A DNA stretch of 39,068 bases from Longimicrobiales bacterium (GCA_965197725.1 CBDANQ010000003.1:1-39068), one strand, 5' to 3'. Shown: positions 9,969-21,025, counted from the first letter of the stretch. Notes: generated from the sequence alone by a model not told the origin. A program made the numbers and translations.

Positions 9969-11429
9969 GAAGCTGTCCCAACCGTAGTTGAAGGTCCCTG
10001 ATAGGGGAGAAAGAAAAGTGGTGGCTCCGGGGGTCCCGGGCCGATAGGCTCGGGTAGGCAAAAACCCCAACACGGAGCCACCACGATGAAGAGAACGTAC
10101 GAGGTAAGGGATCGGGCGGACAAGCGCGCGATCAGGGAGTTCCTGAAGCGGGAGGGGCAGTTTCTGCTTCCGATGCTTGAGCTCGTGGAGCAGACGGAGG
10201 TCGCGATCGACGAAGTCATCCAGGTGATGGGACGAGCGACGATCGAAGCGGTGCTGGAGATGAGCGCCGAGGGTGTGGCAGGCGTGAAGCAGGCAGGTCG
10301 GTCACGAGCGGAAGACGACACGGTGTGGTATGGCCGGCAGGGTGGTGTGGTTTACCTGTCGGACCGGAAGGTGCGTGTGGAGCGGCCACGGCTCAGGCGC
10401 GCCGGGGCGCGCCGGGGAGGGTGGCGAGGTCGAGGTGCCGGCGTACGCAGCGATGCGGAGACCGGGCGCCGTGGCGGATCGGATGCTCGAGGTCCTGATG
10501 GCGGGGGTGAGCACGCGAAAGTACGGCCGTGTGATCGGTGAGATGGCCGACACGGTCGGGGTGAGCAAGTCGGCGGTGAGCCGTGAGACGGTCGAGGCCT
10601 CGGAGCGCGTGCTGAAGGAGCTGATGGAGCGCCGGCTGGATGCGTGGGACCTCCTGGTGATCTACCTCGACGGGATCCAGATGGGCTCGCACCACGTGCT
10701 TGCTGCGGTAGGCGTGGACTCAGACGGAAAGAAGCACGTGCTGGGCGTGAGGGAAGGAGTGAGTGAGAACGCCGAGGTGACCAGCGCGCTCCTAGAGGAT
10801 CTGGTCGAGCGCGGCCTGGACCCGGGCAGGCGGCGGCTGTTCGTGATCGATGGCTCGAAAGCGCTCAGGAAGGCGATCGAGAAGGTGTTCGGCCAACGTC
10901 ACCCCATCCAGCGCTGCCGCAACCACAAGCTCCGCAACGTGCTGGGTCATCTGCCGAAGGATCAGCATCCTCAGGTGAAGGCGGCGTTCCGGGCGGCGAT
11001 GAAGCTGGACGCGAAGCAGGGCGAGCAGAAGCTCGAGCAGCTCGCCCGATGGCTCGAGCGCGACCACCCCTCGGCCGCAGCCAGCCTGCGCGAAGGCCTC
11101 AGCGAGATGTTCACCATAAACCGGCTCGGCCTCCCACCGCGGCTGAGGAAGTGCCTGGGCTCGACCAACCTGATCGACAGCACCCACTCGGGCGTAAGAC
11201 GGAAGACCCGCAGGGTGACTAACTGGAAGAACGGAGCGATGGCCTTGCGCTGGGCTGCGGCCTCGTTCGTGGAAACCGAGAAGAGCTACCGGAGGATCAT
11301 CGGCTACGACCAGCTCTGGATGCTCAGGGCCCACCTCGACGACCATGAACCGGTTGCCGAAATGAGAAAGACAGGCTAACCAAGAGACTCTCCGGCGCCA
11401 CCACCTTCAACTGTCAGCGGGACACCATC
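9969..11429 (+). mobile_element. IS256-family insertion sequence
   Basis: Imperfect 27-bp inverted repeats GAAGCTGTCCCAACCGTAGTTGAAGGT and GATGGTGTCCCGCTGACAGTTGAAGGT. 8-bp target duplication TTTAGCAA at 9961-9968 and 11430-11437. Confidence 0.92.
10086..11379 (+). pseudogene. IS256-family (Mutator-like) transposase, frameshifted
   Basis: Motifs GVSTRKY, VSKSAVSR, IYLDG, FVIDGSKAL, QRCRNHK, STNLIDS. Split between ORFs 10086..10541 and 10330..11379 by a 10-bp tandem duplication at 10396-10415. Confidence 0.9.
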
Positions 11430-11507
11430 TTTAGCAAACCCAAGAAGGTAGAGTGGAGTTAGCCCCTGACGGTGGACACCTATTCTCTTTAGAGAGAGGA
11501 GTCCACG

Positions 11508-11822
11508 ATGCCAAGAACGAGACCGCCGTATTCGTTGGAGTTCCGCCAGCAGATGGTGGAGCTGGTCAAAGCAGGTCGCACGCCTGAGGAGCTGAGTCGG
11601 GAGTTTGAGCCCACAGCGCAGACGATCCACAATTGGGTGAAGCAGACGGACCTCGACACGGGAGTCAGAAGCGACGGCCTGACGTCGTCAGAGCGCGAGG
11701 AGCTCCGCGAGCTTCGGCGTGAGAACAAGCGGCTTCGTGTCGAGCGGGAGATCCTAAAAAAAGCCGCGGCCTGGTTCGCTCAGGAGTCCGACTCGGTGCC
11801 CCCGAAGCGTTCGAGTTCGTGA
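11508..11822 (+). CDS. IS3 transposase OrfA
   Basis: YSLEFRQQMVEL HTH and ELRELRRENKRLRVEREILKKAAAWF leucine zipper. GAGGAG RBS. Confidence 0.9.
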   Translation: MPRTRPPYSLEFRQQMVELVKAGRTPEELSREFEPTAQTIHNWVKQTDLDTGVRSDGLTSSEREELRELRRENKRLRVEREILKKAAAWFAQESDSVPPKRSSS

Positions 11823-12266
11823 GGGCCAACCAGGCCGAGTTCAGCGTGCAGATGATGTGCGAAGTCCTGAGCGTCTCGCCCAGCGGGTACTACGCATGGA
11901 GAAAGCGTCCTCCATCGCATCGCGCGGTCGAGAACGAGCGACTGCTAGGTCGGATGCGTGAGATCCACACGTTCAGCCGTGAGACGTATGGCCAGCCACG
12001 GATGTACGCCGAGCTCAGGGACGACGGCTGGCAGGTCAACCACAAGCGGGTGCGTCGTCTGATGAGGCTGGCAGGACTACAAGGCGCTACGCGGCGAAGG
12101 AAGTGGCGCACGACGAAGCGAAACAGAGATGCTCGACCTGCCCCCGATCTCGTCGCGCGCGACTTCAGTGTGCACGGCCCGGACCAGCTCTGGGTTGCCG
12201 ACATCACCTACGTGCCGACCTGGAGCGGCTTCTTGTACCTGTCAGTCGTCGTCGATGCGTGGAGTC
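11819..12266 (+). pseudogene. IS3 transposase OrfB, truncated within the integrase core
   Basis: YGQPRM, VNHKRVRRLMR, PDLVARDF, WVADITYV, YLSVVVDAWS, then a switch into pilC sequence. Confidence 0.88.
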
Positions 12267-13416
12267 TGGAGAAATCGACCTCCCCAGCAAAGACGATGTG
12301 CTTGCCCTCCTTCACAAGCAGAAGCTGATCCCGGTTTCCGTCCGGGAGAAGTCGAAAGAGATCACGCTGCAGTTCGGGACCGGGATCACGACGCGCGACA
12401 TCGTGATCTTCACCCGTCAGTTCGCGACGATGATCAATGCGGGTCTGCCGCTCGTGCAGAGTCTCGACATCCTCGCGGAGCAGACCGAGAACACGGCGTT
12501 TAAGAAGGTCATCGGTGAGACGCTGTACGACATCGAGTCCGGTCATACGCTGGCCGACGCGATGGGCAAGCACCCGAAGGTTTTCACCGAGCTCTTCGTG
12601 AACATGGTCGCCGCTGGTGAGGCCGGTGGTATCCTCGACACGATTCTGCTGCGCCTCGCGACGTTCCTGGAGAAGAACGACGCGCTCATCCGGAAGATCA
12701 AGGGCGCGATGATCTACCCGGGTGTGATCTTCTCGGTCGCTGGCGGCGCCATCGTGATCCTGTTGCTCTTCGTGATCCCGACCTTCCAGTCGATGTTCGA
12801 TTCAGCCGGAATCCCGCTCCCGCTCCCGACCCGCATCGTCATAGGGATGTCGGCCTTCCTGCAGGGGTATTGGTGGGCTTGCGCCGTGGGGATCATCGCT
12901 TTCGTGGTGGGTATCCGACAGTTCTACGCGACCGACCCGGGCAACCTGCTGCTCGACAGGATTCTGCTGGCGCTTCCGGTTCTCGGCGACCTTCAACGCA
13001 AGTCGGCGGTGGCGCGCTTTACGCGCACGCTCGGCACGTTGGTCTCATCGGGTGTCTCGATCCTCGAGGGCCTGGAGATCACGGCGAAGACGGCGGGCAA
13101 CCGGGTCATCCACGACGCGGTGATGGGGTCGCGAGCCTCGATCGCGGGTGGTGAAACGATTGCCGGACCGCTGAAGGAATCGGGCGTGTTCCCACCCATG
13201 GTCGTGCAGATGATCAACGTCGGTGAGCAGACAGGTGGGCTCGACGAGATGCTCACCAAGGTCGCCGACTTCTACGACGACGAGGTGGATACCGCAGTCG
13301 AGGCGCTGCTCGCGGCGATGGAGCCGATCATGATCGTCGTGCTGGGTGTGGTGGTGGGTGGAAGGATCGTTGCTATGTACTTGCCGATCTTTGATATGAT
13401 TAATGCGGTGAAGTAA
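12259..13416 (+). pseudogene. pilC: Type IV pilus platform protein PilC (T2SS F family), native start lost
   Basis: Motifs FTRQFATMINAGLPLVQSL, AAGEAGGILD, KIKGAMIYP, VGEQTGGLDEML, AMYLPIF. The N-terminal part of ORF 12103..13416 is IS-derived; PilC-like sequence starts at VESGEIDL. Confidence 0.88.
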
Positions 13417-13439
13417 GGGTCTCTTCGCCTTTTTAGGAT

Positions 13440-13601
13440 AGGGCCCCGTGCGGCGCGCGCGCTCCCCGCGGCCGCTCGCCTGTTCGGGGTTCCTTGCTTG
13501 GGGGGCTCGCTTAGCGACGCGACGCAGGACTTTTTCGGTAGGTGAGTTGGAGGGCGCGTCGCGTCGATACCCCAGGGAGCGCGCCCCCCGCACGGGGCCC
13601 T
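13440..13601. repeat. 162-bp nested inverted-repeat element (MITE/REP-like or bidirectional terminator)
   Basis: Outer arms 13440-13466 and 13575-13601 match at 25 of 27 positions. Inner perfect 11-bp inverted repeat CGACGCGACGC at 13515-13525 and 13556-13566. Lies between convergent pilC and ahcY. Confidence 0.75.
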
Positions 13602-13646
13602 CGAGTTTGTTGGCTCATTGGGGCCGTTGGCGTGTTTGGGTTCCTT

Positions 13647-13685
13647 GCTTGGGGGCTCGGCTTGGGGGCTCGGCTTGGGGGCTCG
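13647..13685. repeat. 3 exact tandem copies of GCTTGGGGGCTCG
   Basis: Read directly. A related single copy with the same GGGTTCCTT lead-in is at 13487-13512. Confidence 0.9.
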
Positions 13686-13692
13686 CTTCGAG

Positions 13693-15171
<1,479 letters not shown>

Positions 15172-15229
15172 GGATTCCTCTGGGCTAGGCACGTGACGCT
15201 AGAGAAGAGTGTCGGATCAATTGGCCGCG

Positions 15230-16174
15230 TCAGGAGCGCGCGGCGGAGGCAAGAAAGAGCAGGGGACCCGACGCGACCGGATCGGGGCGAAGCGGCTGAG
15301 TCCGCGGAGCGTCGAAGCCGGCGTCTCCGAGCCAATGCTCGACCTGACCGAGCTCGAAACCCGGCCACACGTGGCCCATCTCCTCGGCGTATCCGTGGCC
15401 GCGCTCGTGGGCGCGCATTTCGACGACGATGACCCGGCCGCCCGGTCTGAGCGCACGGTGCACCTCCTTCAAGACGAGCGCCGGATCGACGACGTAGTGC
15501 AGGACCAGAGTGAGGACAGCGACGTCGAGCTCACCGTCCGCGATCGGTAGCTCTTCGAGATCCCCCTGCCTCAGGTCGACGTTGTCGGCCCCCTCGAGCC
15601 GCAGCCGGGCAGCCGCGAGCATCTCCGCGGAGCGATCGATACCGACGACCCTACGAACGAAGGGGGCCAGCATCTCGGAGAACGCCCCCGTGCCCGCGCC
15701 CAGGTCCCCGACGACCCAGTCGGAGTTCAGGAGGCCGAGCAGTGGGGCGAAGGACGCGGAGGGGCCGAACAGCTCCGCACGAAGGTCGTCCCATCGGTCG
15801 GCTGCGTCGGCGAAGAAGGCGGCCGATCGGCGGCGCCGGACATCCAGAACCGTGCCAGCGCGTTCGGCGTCGATTGCGTAGATACCGTGCCCAGCGACTT
15901 CGGTCCGGACGAGCGCCCACAGCCCCTGCGCGCCGCGATCGAGCGTCGCGGTGAGACGGTAGTGACGGCTGCGACCGTCCGCGCGCGCTTTCAGCCACCC
16001 CTCGGACGTGAGCGTCTTGAGGTGCCGACTGACGTTGGGCTGGGGCATCTGAAGCACGGTGCAGAGCTCAGAAACCGTGAACTCGCTCCGCTCCAACAGA
16101 GTGAGGATGCGCGTGCGCGTTTCGTCGCCGAGCGCACTCAGGTGGTCCAGGATTGAAGTCGAGTTCGTATTCAT
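15230..16174 (-). CDS. ArsR-HTH + SAM-methyltransferase-domain transcriptional regulator (SahR-like)
   Basis: LSALGDETRTRIL and QPNVSRHLKTL (ArsR); VGDLGAGTG and LRPGGRV (methyltransferase fold). Directly upstream of ahcY. Confidence 0.9.
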   Translation of the reverse strand: MNTNSTSILDHLSALGDETRTRILTLLERSEFTVSELCTVLQMPQPNVSRHLKTLTSEGWLKARADGRSRHYRLTATLDRGAQGLWALVRTEVAGHGIYAIDAERAGTVLDVRRRRSAAFFADAADRWDDLRAELFGPSASFAPLLGLLNSDWVVGDLGAGTGAFSEMLAPFVRRVVGIDRSAEMLAAARLRLEGADNVDLRQGDLEELPIADGELDVAVLTLVLHYVVDPALVLKEVHRALRPGGRVIVVEMRAHERGHGYAEEMGHVWPGFELGQVEHWLGDAGFDAPRTQPLRPDPVASGPLLFLASAARS

Positions 16175-16199
16175 ATATGCGGATACAAACATATGTCAA
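16175..16199 (-). promoter_or_regulatory. Putative SahR-like operator overlapping a -35 box
   Basis: 20-bp ATATG-N10-CATAT at 16175-16194, abutting the ATG. TTGACA on the - strand at 16199-16194. Confidence 0.6.
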
Positions 16200-16391
16200 T
16201 ATCCGTGGGCGACAAGAGGGCAGCCCATGTGCGACAAGGCCGTCGCGGGCGCGTAACCGCGCACAGCCGGGCCGTACGCAATCGCGGCTTCCCCTCGCTT
16301 GCCCCCGTAGGCGGCGTGGCACATTGTTGGTCGCCCTCGTTCTCGGGACGCACCGGACCCGGGACATGAACTGCCCAACACGGACACGCGC

Positions 16392-18089
16392 ATGGACTGG
16401 CTACGGGCCGTAGTCGACTTCGCCAACGAGTGGGTCATCAACGTCGGTCCCCGAGTCGGGGGCGAGCGGATACCACTGATGGTGATCCTCCTGCTCGGCA
16501 CCGGCTTCTACGTTACTGTGCGAACAGGCTTCGTGCAGTTCTCCCGGTTTGCCCATGGCTTCGGGGTGACCTCCGGGAAGTACGCTGATCCGAACGACCC
16601 CGGCGACGTGTCGCACTTCCAGGCGCTGACTACGGCGCTTTCGGCGACCGTGGGAATCGGGAATATCGCGGGCGTCGCGATCGCGATTCACTTCGGTGGT
16701 CCGGGTGCGCTGTTCTGGATGTGGGTAACCGCGGTCTTGGGAATGGCGCTCAAATACTGCGAGGTGACGCTTGCGCAGAGGTACCGCATCGAGGACGCGG
16801 TAGGGAAGGTGGCGGGCGGGCCGATGTACTACATCGAAAAGGGACTCGGCCCCAAGTGGAAGCCGATGGCCATCTTCTTCGCCGTCATGCTCGGCTTTAC
16901 GGCATTCCTCACCGGCAACGCGGTGCAGGCGAATACGGTCGCCGACCAGATGTTCGACTCGCTCTCCATCCCGAAGTTGGCCACGGGGGCGTTTACGGTG
17001 GCGGTCGTCGCGGCGGTCATCCTCGGGGGCATCGTACGGATCGGGAAAGTGACGGCGTTCTTGGCGCCGATCATGGCGGCGATCTACGTATTCGGCGCGC
17101 TCCTGATCATCGTGCTCAACGTCGGAGCCTTCCCGGCCGCGGTGGCGACGATCTTCACCGAGGCATTCAAGCCGCAGGCGGGTGTCGCGGGCGTCGGCGT
17201 CGGCGTCTTTGTCATTACGCTCATGTGGGGGGTCCGCCGCGGTCTGTTCTCCAACGAGGCGGGACAGGGCTCCGCCCCGATCGCGCACGCGGCTGCGAAG
17301 ACCGAGGAGCCGGTAGCCGAGGGCGTGGTCGCGCTGCTCGGACCATTCATCGACACCATCGTGATCTGCTCGTTCACGGGCATCGTCATCGTCATGACGG
17401 GCGTCTACGCGGAGCGCTTCCCCACCGAGTTGACGCTGGGTGGAGGCGACATCACGTATACCACCATGACCGCACAAAACAGGTCCGAAGGCGTGACTCC
17501 CCCCGCCGAGATCGCGATCATTAACGGTCGGCACGCCGACGCCGACGTCGGCGCGGCGCTCATTTCCTGGCACGAGGCGATGGTCGAGCCGTTGTACACG
17601 GACGAGGCCCAGACTCAGCTCTTCACGGGTACGGTCTTTCCTGACCGGGCAGAGGCAGTGGCCGCCAACGGCACTACGTATACGTCGCTGTACGGTGGCG
17701 CGGTCGAGAGCGGTGCTCCGCTCACTTCGGCCGCGTTCAACCAGGGATTGCAGCCGCTCGGGGACTGGGGCCACTACATCGTGGTGTTCGGGGTGCTGCT
17801 CTTCGGTGTTTCGACGGCGATTGTATGGAGCTACTACGGAGATCGATGTGCGTATTACCTCTTCGGGCAGAGCGCGCTCGTGCCGTACAAGATCGTATAC
17901 CTTGGGGCGCACTACCTGGGCGCGGCGCTGCCACTGGCCGTAATCTGGGCGTTGGGCGACGTCGCTCTCTCGATCGTCATCTGGCCGAACCTGATCGCGT
18001 TGCTGCTGCTGGCGCCGGTCGTGGTGGAGGAGACGAAGAGCTACTTCGAGCGCAAGCCTTGGGAGGCGAGGGCTGGCGGTGGCGACTGA
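16392..18089 (+). CDS. Alanine/glycine:cation symporter (AGCS family)
   Basis: Motifs ALSATVGIGNIAGVA, GGPGALFWMW, GGPMYYI, RRGLFSNEAGQGSAPIAHA, FIDTIVIC, WSYYG. Confidence 0.95.
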   Translation: MDWLRAVVDFANEWVINVGPRVGGERIPLMVILLLGTGFYVTVRTGFVQFSRFAHGFGVTSGKYADPNDPGDVSHFQALTTALSATVGIGNIAGVAIAIHFGGPGALFWMWVTAVLGMALKYCEVTLAQRYRIEDAVGKVAGGPMYYIEKGLGPKWKPMAIFFAVMLGFTAFLTGNAVQANTVADQMFDSLSIPKLATGAFTVAVVAAVILGGIVRIGKVTAFLAPIMAAIYVFGALLIIVLNVGAFPAAVATIFTEAFKPQAGVAGVGVGVFVITLMWGVRRGLFSNEAGQGSAPIAHAAAKTEEPVAEGVVALLGPFIDTIVICSFTGIVIVMTGVYAERFPTELTLGGGDITYTTMTAQNRSEGVTPPAEIAIINGRHADADVGAALISWHEAMVEPLYTDEAQTQLFTGTVFPDRAEAVAANGTTYTSLYGGAVESGAPLTSAAFNQGLQPLGDWGHYIVVFGVLLFGVSTAIVWSYYGDRCAYYLFGQSALVPYKIVYLGAHYLGAALPLAVIWALGDVALSIVIWPNLIALLLLAPVVVEETKSYFERKPWEARAGGGD

Positions 18090-18152
18090 GGTCTCAGCTT
18101 CTCGTCGGGACAGATCTCGGCGATTCCCTGCACGAGCGCGCTGCCGCTCACT

Positions 18153-19400
18153 TTACTTTTCCCCTAGAGGCCCAGGGGCTCTCGCCGCACCGTCGGGCTC
18201 GACGAGCCGGCCGGGCATGACGGCTTCTCGCCCGAATCGGCTCCTCAGCTCGTCGACCGTGCGGGAGACCGTACGCTCCCGCTCCGTCTCGCCCACGACC
18301 GGTTCCGCGAACAGGCCGAGCTGGGACGCGTCGCCTGATCTCACGAGGCCGCTCAGGCCAACGCCCAGGAGACGGGCGGGGACCCGTCTCTTCCGCCGGA
18401 GCTCCGCGAGCAACGTCTTCGCGACGCTGTAGATCGCCTGGTCCGACTCGATCGCCTCCGGCACCGTGCGAGTGTGCTGACGCGTCTTGAAGTCGTGGTC
18501 ACGGAGCTTGACTGATACAGTTTTGGCGCGGAATGACTGGTGTCGCAAAGTACCCGCCACCGACCCGGCCTGTTGCATCAACCGCCGCTCCAATTCCTCG
18601 TCGTCATTGATGTCCTCGAAGAAGGTACGCTCGGAGGAGATCGACTTCCGACGTTCATGCGGATCCACCTCGCTCGAGTCGACTCCGCGAATGCGCCGGT
18701 ATAACCACGCCCCCCGTCGGTCTCCGAACCAGCACTGTAGCCACTCGATCTGCACTGCGTAGGCGTCCTCGACGCGAACCAGGCCCCGCTTCCCGAGCGC
18801 CGCGACCAACGAAGGTCCGATACCGGGCAGGTCGGCCAAGTCCAGTCCGCGCAGGAAGACCTCTTCTTCACCGGCCGGCACGATATGAACGCCGGCGGGT
18901 TTGGCGAAGTTGGTTGCCAACTTGGCGATCACCCTGCGGGTCCCACCCCCGAGCGACACGGACACCTGCGTCCTCTCGAGCACGGTCTCGCGGATCCTCC
19001 GAGCGGTTTCGGAGAAGCTCTCGTTCCGGAAGAGACGCTCGGTCCCCGTCAGGTCGAGATAGAACTCGTCGATCGACGCGGCTTGCACGACCGGAGAGAG
19101 CTTCTTCAGAGTCTCCCTCACCGACTGGCTTCTGGCACTGATCGCGCCTCGCGGCACGCCGACGACGGTAGCCTCGGGACAAAGGCGCAGCGCGTGAGCC
19201 GTTGGCATCGCGGAGCGCACGCCGTACGCCCGCGCCTCGTACGAAGCGGATGTCACGACGCCTCTCCCCGTCGGAGAGCCACCTACGATGAGGAGCGGCG
19301 CCTTGCCCGCGCCCTGGGGGTCTTCCAGTCGTGCGACCTGGACGAAGAAGGCATCGCAGTCCACGAGGAGGATGCGTTTGACGGGCGCTGATTCCGGCAA
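18153..19400 (-). CDS. dinB: DNA polymerase IV (Y family)
   Basis: Motifs LVDCDAFFVQV, SASYEARAYGVRSAMP, ASIDEFYLD, AKPAG, KSISSERTF, and clamp-binding QLGLF. Start uncertain (TTG at 19400). Confidence 0.95.
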   Translation of the reverse strand: MPESAPVKRILLVDCDAFFVQVARLEDPQGAGKAPLLIVGGSPTGRGVVTSASYEARAYGVRSAMPTAHALRLCPEATVVGVPRGAISARSQSVRETLKKLSPVVQAASIDEFYLDLTGTERLFRNESFSETARRIRETVLERTQVSVSLGGGTRRVIAKLATNFAKPAGVHIVPAGEEEVFLRGLDLADLPGIGPSLVAALGKRGLVRVEDAYAVQIEWLQCWFGDRRGAWLYRRIRGVDSSEVDPHERRKSISSERTFFEDINDDEELERRLMQQAGSVAGTLRHQSFRAKTVSVKLRDHDFKTRQHTRTVPEAIESDQAIYSVAKTLLAELRRKRRVPARLLGVGLSGLVRSGDASQLGLFAEPVVGETERERTVSRTVDELRSRFGREAVMPGRLVEPDGAARAPGPLGEK

Positions 19401-19422
19401 GATGGCGTCGGCTCTGGTCAGA

Positions 19423-19451
19423 TTGCTGATGGCGATCGTTAGGCGTACAAT
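19423..19451 (+). promoter_or_regulatory. Putative sigma70 promoter of sodA
   Basis: TTGCTG-N17-TACAAT, followed by an AAGGAG RBS before the ATG at 19490. Confidence 0.6.
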
Positions 19452-19489
19452 CTCCGCGACCACGACAACAATGCCAAGGAGTCCCACAG

Positions 19490-20110
19490 ATGGCCTATCC
19501 TTTCGCCCTTCCCGATCTCGCGTTCGCTCACGACGCGCTCGAGCCACACATCGACGCGCGCACGATGGAGATCCATCACGGCAAGCACCATGCGGGCTAC
19601 ACCAGCAAGCTGAATGCCGCCCTCGAGGGTCACCCGGACCTGCACGACAAGTCAGCCGAGGACCTGCTCGCAGGGCTCGACTCGCTCCCGGACTCCATCC
19701 AGAGCGCCGTCCGCAACAACGGCGGCGGATACGTGAACCACTCGCTCTTCTGGGACGTCATGACGCCGGGTGGCGCCAGCGCGCCTTCGGGGAACCTGGC
19801 GGCTGCGATCACCGCCGCCTTTGCTTCCGTCGACGACTTCAAAGCCAAGTTCGAAGCGACCGCAGGCGGGCAGTTCGGCTCGGGATGGGGCTGGCTTGGC
19901 GTCGATGGGAACGGAGACCTGCAATGCTTCTCGACGGCGAACCAGGACAGCCCCCTCATGCAGGGGATGACCCCCATTCTGGGGGTAGACGTCTGGGAGC
20001 ATGCGTACTATCTGAATTACCAGAACCGACGCCCCGACTACCTCGTGGCATTCTGGAACGTCGTGAATTGGGATATCGTCGGAGTGGGCTACGGCGCCAC
20101 GCGGAGCTGA
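19490..20110 (+). CDS. sodA: Superoxide dismutase, probably Mn type
   Basis: Motifs [38 protein letters not shown]. Confidence 0.95.
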   Translation: MAYPFALPDLAFAHDALEPHIDARTMEIHHGKHHAGYTSKLNAALEGHPDLHDKSAEDLLAGLDSLPDSIQSAVRNNGGGYVNHSLFWDVMTPGGASAPSGNLAAAITAAFASVDDFKAKFEATAGGQFGSGWGWLGVDGNGDLQCFSTANQDSPLMQGMTPILGVDVWEHAYYLNYQNRRPDYLVAFWNVVNWDIVGVGYGATRS

Positions 20111-20238
20111 GTCAAGTACTGCGGTAAAGACTTGCTTGTGGAGCGCGAAACATATGTTTACATGTGTTGAATGCGTGTCTGTCGAACGGCTGGTCGCACC
20201 TGGCAGTTGTCCATAGGACCTGAACCTCGAGAGCCGGA

Positions 20239-20994
20239 GTGACTCAACGTATTTCCAATTCGATCGTGCGAGGCCTCGTCACGGTGGCCTCACTAGCGGC
20301 GCTCGCGTCCACGCCCGCGTCGAGTCAGAGCCTCAGGGGCTCCACCGCGTCGCTCGACCTTCAGAACCGCGTCGCCCGTCAGCACGACTTCACGTTCATC
20401 GATACCGGAGACCGCATCCGTCGCTTCGCGTCTGAGGGTTGGTTGGTACGCGTTCGACCCGGTCGAGACTTCGAGCTTCACTCGGTCTCGTTCCCGTACG
20501 CAAGACCCGAGGTGGCGCTCTTCGTCGAGCGGCTTTCCGCCCAATACCGTGCTGGCTGCGGTGAGCAGTTGGTCGTGACGAGCCTCACGCGGCCCATGAC
20601 CGGGCAGCCGCGCAATGCGTCTTCGCGTTCAGTGCATCCGACGGGCATGGCGGTCGACCTGAGGTACAGCCGAAGTCGGAGCTGCCGTGTCTGGCTGGAG
20701 CGTGTGCTCACATCGTTGGAGGGTTCGGGCGTGCTGGAGGCGACCCGGGAGCGGTACCCGGCGCACTACCATGTCGCGTTGTTCCCGCAACCGTATGCGG
20801 CGTACGTGCAGCGCCTAGCTACCCGGTCTACACAGCGAGTCCAACAAGTGGTGTACACCGTGCGGTCCGGCGATTCTCTGTGGACGATCGCCCGCAACCA
20901 TGGCACCACGGTCGATCTGCTCAAGCGGACGAATGGGATCCGGGGGAGCAGGATCTACGAGGGACAGGTCCTGGACCTCCCAGAGAGTCGGTGA
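20239..20994 (+). CDS. Exported peptidase-M15-like (DUF5715-like) protein with C-terminal LysM
   Basis: Signal peptide; VTSLTR, SVHPTGMAVDL (H-x6-D), HYHV; LysM YTVRSGDSLWTIARNHG. Confidence 0.8.
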   Translation: MTQRISNSIVRGLVTVASLAALASTPASSQSLRGSTASLDLQNRVARQHDFTFIDTGDRIRRFASEGWLVRVRPGRDFELHSVSFPYARPEVALFVERLSAQYRAGCGEQLVVTSLTRPMTGQPRNASSRSVHPTGMAVDLRYSRSRSCRVWLERVLTSLEGSGVLEATRERYPAHYHVALFPQPYAAYVQRLATRSTQRVQQVVYTVRSGDSLWTIARNHGTTVDLLKRTNGIRGSRIYEGQVLDLPESR

Positions 20995-21025
20995 CGCCCA
21001 AAGAGCTTCGCAGCGTCCCCGACCT

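Larger units (their letters stand above)
11454..12266 (+). mobile_element. IS3-family element, 3'-truncated
   Basis: Left end TGGAGTTAGCCCCTGACGGTGGACACC. Contains orfA, the slippery site AAAAAAAG (11756-11763) and orfB stopping at VVVDAWS. No right inverted repeat found. Confidence 0.88.

Noticed and set aside
12103..12258. N-terminus of the 437-aa PilC ORF
   Set aside because: It is an alternative frame of IS3 orfB DNA.
13440..13690. CRISPR array
   Set aside because: The repeats are tandem or inverted with no unique spacers, and there are no cas genes.
15172..15229. SAH/SAM riboswitch upstream of ahcY
   Set aside because: The gap is only 58 bp with no recognisable aptamer; a protein regulator is present instead.
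16200..16391. Glycine riboswitch upstream of the AGCS symporter
   Set aside because: No GGAGA/CCGAAG/CTCAGG core seen.
19401..19547. Extended dinB N-terminus overlapping sodA
   Set aside because: Polymerase similarity starts at KRILLVD, and the extension covers the sodA promoter and start.
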